A DNA stretch of 64,000 nucleotides, from positions 1 through 64,000 of the forward strand of contig JAHLWS010000026.1 in the NCBI GenBank assembly GCA_019057795.1, given 5' to 3'. The first letter of the stretch is position 1; each line of letters starts with the position of its first letter. The notes below the pieces were generated by a model. The model had not been told where the DNA came from. It did no database searches and saw only the letters and a list, made by a program, of their open reading frames with translations. The stretch is from Promethearchaeota archaeon (GTDB taxonomy: Archaea > Asgardarchaeota > Lokiarchaeia > Sigyniarchaeales > SOKP01). Positions 10,558 through 21,073 of the stretch are shown here, in pieces. A program made the translations under genes and the position numbers.

Positions 10558-11283
10558 ATGCCACACAATAAAGCAATTTTTAAAATAGGCGGCAAAATTT
10601 TAGAAAATAGCAAAAATCTCGAATTTACAGTTTCACAACTAACGAAATTATATTATAATAATACCCTTCAGAAAATAATTATAATCCCTGGGGGTGGATC
10701 TTACGCAAATTTTATTAGAAGTAGTGATGAAAATTTAGTACTTGGAGATGACCTTGCCCATTGGATGGCCATCTTTTCTATGGATTATAATGGTAAAGAA
10801 TTGAATAAGAAATTCCCAGATTTAGAATGCGTCAATGACTTTAAGAAAATACAGCGTGCTAGTAATATTTTTTGCATTTTTTTGCCGTATAATTATCTCA
10901 GGAAAAAAGACGAATTACCACATAGCTGGGATGTTACTTCTGACTCAATAGCAATATATCTTGCTAATAAATTAAATCTAAACGAATGTTATTTAATTAA
11001 AGATATAGAGGGAATCTATAACAAAAATCATGAAGTAATTAAAGAAATTTCCACAATCCAATATAGAGAATTAAAAAAAAGCGGGGGTTTGGCTGAAATC
11101 GGATTAAATCAAGATAATTTAAAAAAATCAAAACCGATTGATTCCTATTTGTTAACGTTAATAGATAAATACAAAATTAGCTGTATTTTATTAAACGGCA
11201 CCTTACAAAATTCACGCATAATCAATTACTTTAAAAATAGTGAATTGGAAAACCAAGTTTATACTAAAATTAACTTTTCTTAA
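10558..11283 (+). CDS. mfnE: Amino-acid-kinase family protein (MfnE-like)
   Basis: KIGG, PGGGSYA, AHWMAI, HSWDVTSDSIA. Confidence 0.75.
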   Translation: MPHNKAIFKIGGKILENSKNLEFTVSQLTKLYYNNTLQKIIIIPGGGSYANFIRSSDENLVLGDDLAHWMAIFSMDYNGKELNKKFPDLECVNDFKKIQRASNIFCIFLPYNYLRKKDELPHSWDVTSDSIAIYLANKLNLNECYLIKDIEGIYNKNHEVIKEISTIQYRELKKSGGLAEIGLNQDNLKKSKPIDSYLLTLIDKYKISCILLNGTLQNSRIINYFKNSELENQVYTKINFS

Positions 11284-11409
11284 TTATATTTTATTCTAAA
11301 ATTAAGGTTTAAGAAGAAAATTGGATATAAATTAAAGTTTTAATTAAAATGAGAATAATTAAAATATATATTAATAATTTTAAAAGTAAAAAACAAAAGT
11401 GGAACAAAA

Positions 11410-11910
11410 TTGGAACCAGAAGAAGTTAAGAAAAATGCAGATTTCTTGGTTAAAAATCTTGCTGGAAAAGAAGTTCAAGGATCGGCAACAGTAAATGTAA
11501 GATATAAAACATTAGTCGCATTTGCTAAAGTATATGGTATCACCGATCCAAAATATGTTGGACCCGAAGAGGAAGGAATAATTGCGTGTCACGCTTTTGC
11601 TAACAATTTCACAATCAAGGCATTATATAAATTACTCTTAGGAATGAAATTGATACAAGATGGCATAGAACGACCTTTTATGTTAAACGTAGGAAAACTA
11701 TTACATGGGGGTCAGAAATATGACTGGGAAGGATGCGTAGATGTGAAGCCAGGAGATAAACTTAAAATTTTTGCTAAATGGGGTAAAGTTTGGGTTGTAG
11801 AGAAAAACATGGTATTATTTGCTGAATTGTTCGTCTCCGTAAAAAATCAAAATAGCGAATTAGTTTGCAAACCTACTGTTATAGTTGCAGTGCGGCCGGG
11901 AGGCTACTAA
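11410..11910 (+). CDS. MaoC-like hotdog-fold protein (non-catalytic/HadA-like subunit)
   Basis: LLHGGQKYDW..VKPGD motif; adjacent to MaoC dehydratase. Confidence 0.7.
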   Translation: MEPEEVKKNADFLVKNLAGKEVQGSATVNVRYKTLVAFAKVYGITDPKYVGPEEEGIIACHAFANNFTIKALYKLLLGMKLIQDGIERPFMLNVGKLLHGGQKYDWEGCVDVKPGDKLKIFAKWGKVWVVEKNMVLFAELFVSVKNQNSELVCKPTVIVAVRPGGY

Positions 11911-11925
11911 TGCCGCAGAAAAAAA

Positions 11926-12489
11926 ATGGAGGTAAAAAAAATGGTAAAAATTTCAGATGTTAAAGTTGGAGAAGTTATTAAAAATGAATTTAATGGAATT
12001 ACCCGAGATTTATTAAAAAAATATGCGAAAGCATCAGGAGATACCAACCCAATACATACAAACGATGTTGTAGCTGAGAAGGCGGGACTTAAAGGTGTAA
12101 TAGCTCATGGGCTCTTTAGTTTTGGATTCATTACAAAATTATTTGAAGATTTTTTAGAACATGGAAAATATGGAAAACTCATAGAAACAGATGTTTCGAT
12201 GAGATCTATGGTAAGGTGTGGAGATTTACTTATCACTGAAGCTGATATTACAAAAATTGAAGGGAAGAGAGTTTATTTCGATGTTAAACAAACTACAATA
12301 ACAAATGTTGATATTAAAGATAAAGACGGTAATATTATAAAACAATTTGAAGCTGGTGAGAGAGGGTATATTTCTGAAAAAGATATTGAGAAAGGATTAA
12401 TCAAAACTAAGGATGTTCCAGAGGGTATTCTTACATATCGAGAGAGAATTGCTACTCCTGGAACTGCGATAATTGAAATATTTGAATAA
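11926..12489 (+). CDS. MaoC-family (R)-enoyl-CoA hydratase/dehydratase
   Basis: YAKASGDTNPIH...IAHG hydratase-2 motif. Confidence 0.88.
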   Translation: MEVKKMVKISDVKVGEVIKNEFNGITRDLLKKYAKASGDTNPIHTNDVVAEKAGLKGVIAHGLFSFGFITKLFEDFLEHGKYGKLIETDVSMRSMVRCGDLLITEADITKIEGKRVYFDVKQTTITNVDIKDKDGNIIKQFEAGERGYISEKDIEKGLIKTKDVPEGILTYRERIATPGTAIIEIFE

Positions 12490-12652
12490 ATCTCAATTTC
12501 AATATTTTTTTAGTTATTTATACTATTTTTTTTGTTTTTTTTCTGATTAATTTTAAAATGACATAATTTTATGTTATTATTGAAAAACATTTTTAAAGAT
12601 TAACATCGAAAGTGTAATTAGCTCAATAATAGAATTACAAGATACAAGGCTA

Positions 12653-15562
12653 TTGACTATTCTGACATTAGACGAAAGAAAAGTTGAAGAATTGATTTTA
12701 AGCGGAAGTTATGAAAAAGCCGCAGAAGAACTCTTTGAAATTATTGAAAATCCAGAGAACTCAAATAAAGAACTACTATACGATAGTTTAACTTTATTAA
12801 ATAAGATCTGTGATAAGTCACCGGCAATATCTTTAAGAACGGTAAAAAACTTAGCAAATACAATAAATGATATTAACTCGTGGATTAGATTAGTTTCTTT
12901 GGAAATTCTTTATCAAATTTCTATGTATCGTCCAAATTTACTAATTGATCTAATAAATAAGATAAGGTCACGACTTTTTGATCAGGAACCCTCTATTAGA
13001 CGATTAACTGTAAAGGTTATAGGAAATTTAATTCTTTCTTTACACATTGATAGAGAAAAGTTACGAGACATTATTGAAGAATTTACAGAGAAATTGATGG
13101 ATAATGACTGGGAGGTTAAACTTCAAGTTATCAAAACTCTTAAAAAAATTATAAATCAAGACTACACTAAGATACGAGAATTAGAGCCATTACTTTCTAT
13201 CGTAATAGTTAATTTAAGGGACGAAGACGATGATGTTGCAAGATCTTCCGCAGAACTTTTGAAAATCCTCGGTACATATTTTCTATCTAAGGAAAATATT
13301 ATGTATGTTTTATTAAACCTTCTTTACAACGAAAAAGCTCGCGTAAAAGAACTTATTATTTGGCTAATCGGAGAAATAGGAAAAGAAAAATCGTCAGAAA
13401 TAATTCCAATAATACCTAAATTGATTAACCTTTTAAAAGAAAATAACTACCGTATCCAACTTAGAGTAATCGATTCTTTAGTAAACATTGCGGAGAACAA
13501 TTTCGAACAAATTTGGGCGAACTTAAAAACAGCATTATATACGGGCGACCCCGAATTTAGAAATGTAATCATAAATGCACTGTATCACTTATGTCAAAAT
13601 AATATCATAGACATTTTTAATTACATCTTTGAAGAGTTTGAAAATCCCTCTGAAAACGTCAGAAATGCGGTTGCTCTCGTTTTTAAGCGCCTCTATGAAG
13701 AGTATCAAGTAGAAATTGAGAACGAAATTGCAAAAATTTTATACCAATTAGAATCTAAATATTGGCGCCAAAGAAAAAAAACCATTATACTTCTGAGGAA
13801 TATAAGCTTCATATTAGAAAATCAAAAAGTTGCAGTCTGGATTTTTATAGAATTGGAAAAAGTTTTAAAAACTGAAAGCGATCCAGATGTGAACGAAGAG
13901 ATTATTTATACTATAAAAATTATCAAAGCAAAATTTAAAGAAATTGATAAAACAATTCAAAATGTTAACGAAGATTTAGAAATATTTCATAAAAAAATTC
14001 ACGAATTCCAAAAAATTCCGGCTCAATTTAGAGAAAAAATGAATTCATACATTAAAGAATTCAAATTTCGCGAGACTGAAATAGAACTAGATAAGGTATA
14101 CCGCAAGATTTTAAAAAAAATAAAGAAATTTAATAAGAGACTAAACAAATTCGAGTACAAGAGATTAGCGTTTAACTTAATAGAGGATTGGGAAGAAACT
14201 AAAGTTACCATTATTGATGAACTCAGTATTATCAAGGGATTCATTTCCGAGGTTTTTGAAGAAAAGAAAGCAGAATTTACTATTAGCCTAAAATCAAAAG
14301 TTAAACTTTTAGAAGACCGTATTAAAGTTTTAAAAGTTCAATATGATTATGTGAAGGATTATAAACTTCCCGAAAGCTTTGACGAGTTATTATTAGAGAA
14401 TTTTCACGATGACGAAATCGAAGAAAGATTCGAACAAATTACACAACTTAGAAATTATCTATTCAAACTTGATGACGATATTCGTGAAATTTTAGTGCAT
14501 AATGTAGAGTTTAATGAAGTTTTTAAGGGTTTGTTAAGGAACTGGGTTGCTGTTAAAATTGAACTTCAAGAATATTTGAGCGATTTAGATAGAAAAATCA
14601 GATTAATAAAAGATAGAATAGTACTCGAAATTCAACGCTCTAATGGAAATATTAAAGATCAAAAACTTAACATGTTATCTTCAATATTATTCCAAGGTCA
14701 TATACAATCAGTCATCACGCAAGGAATTGAAGGTCTTAAACGATTTAACGATAATTTCGTTAATTTAGAATCAAAATTGGGTATTTTACTAAAAAGGAGT
14801 GAATTCTCGGACGCAAGAAAGCTTATAGAAATGAATACTAACCAAATTCAAAATTTTATCGAAGATTATGAAAATCAAATAGACAACATTATAGGAAAAC
14901 TAACTGACGATAACGATGTTTTTAACCTATACATAAGACCTTCTATTACAAAATTTGTATCGTTTAAGGAAATGCTTATCAATAAACTAAAAATCTTTAC
15001 ACAAAAGAGTAAGGATGAACTTCTCTTAATCCAAATAAAATATTATCTCGATGTCATGAATCCTATTAAATTGGAGAGTCTTTCCTCTTTTATAGATTTA
15101 GATATCGATCTGTTGAAAGAAAAACTTGTAAAGTTCGTTAACAAAAATAAGCTCAATGCGAGAATTATTAAGGACAGCCTTTATTCGCCAAGGATAGAAG
15201 ATATTATTGAACCGAAGGATATTCTTTTCTTCAAGAACATAAAGACGATCGGAAATAAGATTTATTTTAATTTTAAATTGAACAATCCAACCAATCTAAT
15301 GTTTTCAGAATTACAAATTTCTCTTAAAACTCCTGTGTACCTAACCTTTTTGAGAAAAGAAAGCTTTCCTAAATATTTATATATTAACGAGTTAAAACCT
15401 GGAAACGTGTTTAAGTTCAATTATGTTTTAAGAATCGAACGAAATATCGAAAAAAACTTAACAGACCCTACAGTTGACGAAGTTAACCTTAATATTTATT
15501 ATAAAGACCCTTTCGACATTACGCGTAGAATAACTAAGAAGATAGATCTTCTACTTCCCTAA
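12653..15562 (+). CDS. HEAT-repeat protein with coiled coil, winged-helix-like segment and C-terminal beta-sandwich
   Basis: HEAT repeats (LMDNDWEVK, LRDEDDDVA, VRNAVA) in the N-terminal ~420 aa; beta-rich C-terminus. Confidence 0.75.
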   Translation: MTILTLDERKVEELILSGSYEKAAEELFEIIENPENSNKELLYDSLTLLNKICDKSPAISLRTVKNLANTINDINSWIRLVSLEILYQISMYRPNLLIDLINKIRSRLFDQEPSIRRLTVKVIGNLILSLHIDREKLRDIIEEFTEKLMDNDWEVKLQVIKTLKKIINQDYTKIRELEPLLSIVIVNLRDEDDDVARSSAELLKILGTYFLSKENIMYVLLNLLYNEKARVKELIIWLIGEIGKEKSSEIIPIIPKLINLLKENNYRIQLRVIDSLVNIAENNFEQIWANLKTALYTGDPEFRNVIINALYHLCQNNIIDIFNYIFEEFENPSENVRNAVALVFKRLYEEYQVEIENEIAKILYQLESKYWRQRKKTIILLRNISFILENQKVAVWIFIELEKVLKTESDPDVNEEIIYTIKIIKAKFKEIDKTIQNVNEDLEIFHKKIHEFQKIPAQFREKMNSYIKEFKFRETEIELDKVYRKILKKIKKFNKRLNKFEYKRLAFNLIEDWEETKVTIIDELSIIKGFISEVFEEKKAEFTISLKSKVKLLEDRIKVLKVQYDYVKDYKLPESFDELLLENFHDDEIEERFEQITQLRNYLFKLDDDIREILVHNVEFNEVFKGLLRNWVAVKIELQEYLSDLDRKIRLIKDRIVLEIQRSNGNIKDQKLNMLSSILFQGHIQSVITQGIEGLKRFNDNFVNLESKLGILLKRSEFSDARKLIEMNTNQIQNFIEDYENQIDNIIGKLTDDNDVFNLYIRPSITKFVSFKEMLINKLKIFTQKSKDELLLIQIKYYLDVMNPIKLESLSSFIDLDIDLLKEKLVKFVNKNKLNARIIKDSLYSPRIEDIIEPKDILFFKNIKTIGNKIYFNFKLNNPTNLMFSELQISLKTPVYLTFLRKESFPKYLYINELKPGNVFKFNYVLRIERNIEKNLTDPTVDEVNLNIYYKDPFDITRRITKKIDLLLP

Positions 15563-15714
15563 TAATTTATTAGTTTTTTTTGTAGATACTAAAAAAATCT
15601 AATATTTATATCGAAATAGTAAATAATTTATTACGAAAATATTAATATAATCAGATAGTCTTTTAAATTCACAATCTATAAGGTTAATAAAATATTTAAA
15701 AAATCGTGAGGTGA

Positions 15715-16752
15715 ATGCTACAAGAAGAAGAGAGTTATCGATTGACACTGCAAACAAAATTATTCGGATGAAACTGTAAACTTGATTCTAAAAAATTAGA
15801 CGAATTATTGGCTGGTGCTGGCTTGAAAGGAGATATCGAGGATTCTGCTGTAATTCCCGTACCAAACACCGATTTAGTACTGGTAAAAAACATTGACATC
15901 TTTACACCGATTATCGACGAACCAGATATAATGGGTGAAATTGCTGCTGCAAACGTCACTAACGATGTTTTCGCGCTAAATGTTCTAGACATCTCAGGAA
16001 TGCTTATATTTCTAGGCTTGAAAAAAAATATGCCTATGCACATCGCAGAAGGAATATTAAAAGGTATTAGAAATTTCATGGAAAATAAAATACACTCGAA
16101 AGTACTTGGAGGGCATACAATCTATTCAGAATGGCCTTTAATTGGTGGTGAAGCTTCAGGATTCGTCAATAAAAACAAACTGATTAAAAAGAACTATGTA
16201 GAAGAAGGCGATAGATTAATACTGACTAAACCCGTAGGGAACCAAGCAATCATGGCTGCATATCGCTTACAAAAAAACAGACCAGACCTCTTAGAAACAT
16301 ACTCCAAAACCAAAATAGATAAATCAATCGATTTGGCCATAGAATTTATGATCATGCCGCTACAAAACGTTGTAAAGACTATTCATTCTTATCAAGATGT
16401 ATCTTTCGTACATTCAATGACAGATGTTTCCGGTTTTGGACTCTCAGGACATTTAAAGGAAATGCTCCAAGACTCTGACCTTTCAGCTAATATTAAGAAG
16501 GTCCCGATATTTAAACTAGCAAAAGAACTATCGTACGATTTTGGATACAAATTCGATGAATGCGAAATGCCTGAGACCGCCGGGGGCATGCTCCTTTCTG
16601 TCGATCACGAATATGCTGAAGAATTTTCCAAGAGACTTGCTAATGAATTTCATGTGCCTAATTGGATTGTAGGAACAATCGATAATATTAATGAACCGCA
16701 ACTTGTTCAAATTTCGAAAAATGTTGAACATGTTGAAATAACTAAAATTTAA
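15715..16752 (+). CDS. selD: Selenophosphate synthetase 1, selenoprotein (Sec19, TGA 15769-15771)
   Basis: MLQEEESYRLTLQTKLFG-U-NCKL is in frame with ORF 15808. DIFTP, GGHT, LTKP, TDVSGFGL, ETAGG motifs. GAGGTGA upstream; SECIS downstream. Confidence 0.93.
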
Positions 16753-16823
16753 CGATGTCAATGAAATAAGCTAAAACACTATATGTGAGCGCTTATTGAG
16801 AGTACCCTTGCAAGACGGCATCG
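16753..16823 (+). promoter_or_regulatory. Eukaryote-like SECIS element of selD copy 1
   Basis: Helix I CGATGTC/GGCATCG; ATGA(16761)...TGAG core; helix II ATAAGC/GCTTAT; apical AAAA; mini-stem CAC/GTG. Confidence 0.88.
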
Positions 16824-17248
16824 AAAAGCTTTACTGTTTTTATTTTCTATTTATAATTAATTTTCCAAATCTTGAACTTCACTTAGATTTTTTCGCTTCC
16901 ATTCTTTTAAGTACCATCTAAAAAAACGCTTTGAAAACCCTAAAGAATTTACATTTTGATTGAAATAATCTTCAATTTTTTTTTGTTTTAACCGGAAAAT
17001 AAGCATACAATAAAATGACTTAAGTAGTTTTTAGTTACCTTGAAAACCAACTGTTTTATTAAAGATGTTATAACATGGGTGTAATATTTGTTTTAAAATT
17101 GAATTTGTTTGCTTATCGAAAAGGTTGATAAATAGAATCGATATTATTAATAAATAAGAATGATTTTTTCAATTAACAATTCTTGATTCCTTTAGTAAAC
17201 AATATTTAATCAACAAAATTTAAAATAAAATAAGATTTGAGGTGAAAA

Positions 17249-18277
17249 ATGGAGAAAAAGGAAGTATATAGACTTACTTCACAGGTTAAGATTCACGGAT
17301 GAAGTTGTAAGCTTGGTCCAAATACCTTAGAGAACTTACTAGCGAGAGCGGGATTACAAGGAGATATTGAAGATGCTGCAATCATCCCAGTCCCAAATAG
17401 TGATTTAGTCATGGCCAAAAATATTGATGTTTTTACTCCTATTGTCGATGAACCAGAAGTTATGGGTCAAATTGCTGCGTCTAATGTAACCAGTGACATA
17501 TTTGCGATGAATGTTCCACACATTTCGGGAATGTTAGTATTTTTAGGGATTAATACTAATACTCCAATGGAAGTAGCTGAAGGAATATTAAAAGGAATCA
17601 AATATTTCATGGAAGAAAAAATTAATTCGCAAGTAGTAGGAGGGCATACTATATATAGTGAATGGCCAATGATTGGAGGAGAAGCGTCGGGTTTTGTTCA
17701 CAAAGACGCAATAATTCTAAAACAAGGAGTTAAAGAAGGAGATAAATTGATTTTAACCAAACCGATTGGCCTACAAGCGATTATGGCTGCTTATAGGACT
17801 CTTAAAGATATGCCCGAAATGTTAGAGCAATATTCAAAAAGTGAACTACAAAAATCAATTGGTTTTGCTATAGAATTAATGACAACACCAAATCAGAATG
17901 TAGTAAAAACTATTCATTCTTATCAAGATTTTTCATTCATTCATGCAATGACAGATGTGACGGGTTTTGGGTTAAGTGGTCATATTAAAGAAATGCTGCA
18001 GAATTCTACCTTATCTGCAATCATTGAAACCATTCCATCAATAAGATTTTCAAAGGAACTTTCAGAAGAATTAGGATACGCTTTTGATGATTGTAGCTGT
18101 CATGAGACTGCTGGAGGGATGTTGATTGCTATTGATCCTAAAAAGGTTGAAGAATTTTCAAATACTCTTAATAGTAATAGTATAGAGAATTGGATTGTAG
18201 GTACAATTGATAATATTGAACCAGGCTTAGTTAGAGTTTCTGATAATGCAGAAAATATTGAGCTTATCAAGTATTAG
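17249..18277 (+). CDS. selD: Selenophosphate synthetase 2, selenoprotein (Sec18, TGA 17300-17302)
   Basis: MEKKEVYRLTSQVKIHG-U-SCKL is in frame with ORF 17411. GAGGTGA at 17239-17245. Paralogue of the upstream gene. Confidence 0.93.
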
Positions 18278-18351
18278 AGATGTCTTTGATATAAGCAAAA
18301 AACACTTGGATAGTGAGTGCTTATTGAGTTTTCACCCGTAAGGTGACATCT
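18278..18351 (+). promoter_or_regulatory. Eukaryote-like SECIS element of selD copy 2
   Basis: Helix I AGATGTC/GACATCT; TTGA...TGAG core; ATAAGC/GCTTAT; A6 bulge; CACT/AGTG mini-stem. Confidence 0.85.
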
Positions 18352-18359
18352 AAAATAAT

Positions 18360-19148
18360 TTATTCCTTAATTTCACCATTCAATTTTATTATAACCTCCT
18401 TTATTTCTTTCAAAGCTTTTTCAGCCATTTCTTCTCCATTTTCAACATTAAAACAGGTTATTGATACTTCGACTTCAATTGCAAGTCCGATCCTTGGATG
18501 TGTTTTAATCCATAACTGAGGATACTTCTCTTCAAGTTCAGTAACATAAGGAGCTATCTGAGATTCACCAATACCCATAAAAATGAAACCCTTTTCTATG
18601 AATTTTCCTCTTTTTTCTTTTAATATTGGTTTGATAACATTAAGAAAAATCGCTTTCATTTCAGCAGGAACACCGGGTAGTACGAAAATTACCGTTTCAC
18701 CTTCTTTAATTTTCACTCCAGGGGCGGTCCCTCTTATATTTGGTAGTGGTGTCGATCCTTGAGGAAGATGTGCCATTTTTTCTCTTTCCTTAGTCATGCC
18801 TTCAAGTTTCAAAATTCCCCTTTCGTAAGCATGTTCATATGCCTTCTCTATAGAATTATAAGCGTGTTCATTTAGCTCTAATTCTCGATTTAAACCCTTT
18901 GCTATCCCTGCTAAAGTCATATCATCAAATGTAGGGCCAATCCCTCCCGAAGTAATTATCATATCTGGTTTGCGTTTTAAAATAGTTTGTAGAGTATTTG
19001 AAATAACCTCAATACTATCTTCTATAGCAGTTATTCTTTTTAATCTATGCCCATATTTTGTTATTCTTTTAGCCATCCAGTTTGAATTAGTATCTTGGGT
19101 CTTTCCAATAAGGATTTCGTTTCCAATTACTAAAATTTCTACTTCCAT
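18360..19148 (-). CDS. CinA N-terminal/molybdopterin-binding domain protein
   Basis: IGNEILIG, DTNS, GGIGPTFDD, GTAPG, LPGVP. Confidence 0.85.
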   Translation of the reverse strand: MEVEILVIGNEILIGKTQDTNSNWMAKRITKYGHRLKRITAIEDSIEVISNTLQTILKRKPDMIITSGGIGPTFDDMTLAGIAKGLNRELELNEHAYNSIEKAYEHAYERGILKLEGMTKEREKMAHLPQGSTPLPNIRGTAPGVKIKEGETVIFVLPGVPAEMKAIFLNVIKPILKEKRGKFIEKGFIFMGIGESQIAPYVTELEEKYPQLWIKTHPRIGLAIEVEVSITCFNVENGEEMAEKALKEIKEVIIKLNGEIKE

Positions 19149-19301
19149 TTTTTTTCGATTATTAGCATGATTGATTTGATTTTATTTATTTAGACAATCC
19201 TTTATCGTTCAAAGGTATTTTAAATTATTCTTAATATCATAATATAATCAGCAATTTTTATAAAAAGTTTTGAATGCAAGATTTTTAACACAAAAAAGCC
19301 A

Positions 19302-19853
19302 TTGACAATAGAAATAGACGATAGTGGAACTGGGGACTTAGTAGGAGACGCTTTTATTGGTTTCTTAAGGCAAGAAACGGGCGAAATGTTATTCAAAGCA
19401 CTATCCGTGGAACTATTCAAGGGTGATAATTGGAAAAATAAAGAACCTTATAAAATGACTGTTGATTTAGTCAAGGAAGGATTGAAAGAATTAAAATTTG
19501 ATAAAAAAACTGAAAAAGTGCTTTTATGTCGCGGTAACATCTTCGATCAGGTAAGGGAATACTTTAACGATGTCGGAATAAAGTGTGAAGCTGCCATAAT
19601 TGAAGGAAAATTACAAGATGCTGTAGAAGATAGACTAGTCGAACATTTGAGAAAGGATCTAGGAGTTCGATCAAGAAAATTGACTCGTAAAAGCGGGGCA
19701 AAGCGTTATTTTGTTCTTTTTAATTGGGTTTCTTACGATTTCTTTAAACGAGAAAAATACGTTAAATCTGGATTCAAAAAATGGAATACAGTTTGGCGGG
19801 AAAGAGCTATAGAAAGATATGAAGAAAATAGGAATCGAAAAAGAAGATATTAA
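19302..19853 (+). CDS. Conserved archaeal hypothetical protein, RNase H-like N-terminus
   Basis: IEIDDSGTGDLVG resembles the RNase HII IDEAGRG motif. Confidence 0.55.
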   Translation: MTIEIDDSGTGDLVGDAFIGFLRQETGEMLFKALSVELFKGDNWKNKEPYKMTVDLVKEGLKELKFDKKTEKVLLCRGNIFDQVREYFNDVGIKCEAAIIEGKLQDAVEDRLVEHLRKDLGVRSRKLTRKSGAKRYFVLFNWVSYDFFKREKYVKSGFKKWNTVWRERAIERYEENRNRKRRY

Positions 19854-19908
19854 TAACTTAAAATTTTTGGTTTTTCTAATAATTCTAATTAAGAAAGAAT
19901 TAACGATT

Positions 19909-20768
19909 TTATAGCTCACGGATTTCTCTAATCTGTTTAGCAGCCTCATCCAATTTATCTTTTAATAATTCTCCTAGTTCAGATGCTTCTGATTCAGATC
20001 TACCTTTCATTTCGATTAGTTCAAAAGCGCTAGAGATAACTTGCAATATGTTTCCTAAATCGTGAGAGTATTATCTTTCAACTCTAATTGTTTGCGAGAT
20101 GATGTAGTATATTCTAAATGAACAAGTAAAATAATAAATAAAATACTTGTTGTGATAATAGGAATATAGTTGAACATTATTAGTACGGGATCGTCTGCGC
20201 TATATAACCCATATCCCTCTCCTTGTAAAGCAATTATTATTGAAACCGGAAAGAATAAGGATAACATTAATACTGAAGCATAATACCAAATAATACTTCT
20301 TCCCATAAATTTCTTAAAACTTTTTTTCTTTATTGGTGGAATTACATAAGTACTAATTAATATTAAGTTCATAAACAGAGCACAGAAGGTAATTACTACT
20401 GTATAATCCGTGATTAAGAAAAAAAGAACAACAATAATAATGAAAATTATAATTAATGATACCATTTTTTTAAATGAAACCGTCATAAAATATTTAAAAA
20501 ACCCCCATAAAATAAAAATTGTTCCTAAAGAAGCAAGAAATGCGTTAAGAACAAGTAAAAACTCTTTCAGGTAAATGTTTTCAACTAGATTTGAAACGAT
20601 GGGGGCTAATGCGCCTAATATCCAAAAAAGCCATCCCAAAGTGAGAAATTTAAATTTTTCTGCTCTGGTACCGTTTAGAAAATCAATTGAAATTCCTAAT
20701 CCCACAACTCTTATAAAAATAATAATTATTAAACTTAACAACACTAGGTCATTCATTTTTGGAATCAA
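19909..20768 (-). pseudogene. Multi-TM membrane sensor with C-terminal HisKA-like H-box; 1-nt frameshift at ~20071
   Basis: The alternate frame continues YSHDLGNILQVISSAFELIE...QIREIREL* to TAA at 19909-19911. Confidence 0.7.
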
Positions 20769-21073
20769 ACCTCTATTATAAATAACTCATTATCATTCAA
20801 ATTTTAAATTACAATATAGATTTCGTCAAACGAATTAATAAAATTTATGCAAATATTTTATGAGATATAAAAAAAATGAGATAATTATAAAGCGAATATT
20901 TTTTTAGATATTAACTGAAATTTATGCGATTTCCATACATATTTAATACAATTTGTCTCTTTACTCTTTTAAACAACACTATGTACAAATAAGGGCGGTA
21001 AATAATTAAAATTAAATATCGTTCAAAATATAAAATATAAAGAATTGATAAAATAATTTCAAGGATAATAAGG

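Noticed and set aside
15808-17411. Track starts for the two selD ORFs (15808, 17411)
   Set aside because: They omit the catalytic U-x-C-K motif; the supported starts are 15715 and 17249.
19671-19949. 92-aa minus-strand ORF
   Set aside because: Wrong-frame product overlapping the 19302-19853 gene and the frameshifted sensor tail.
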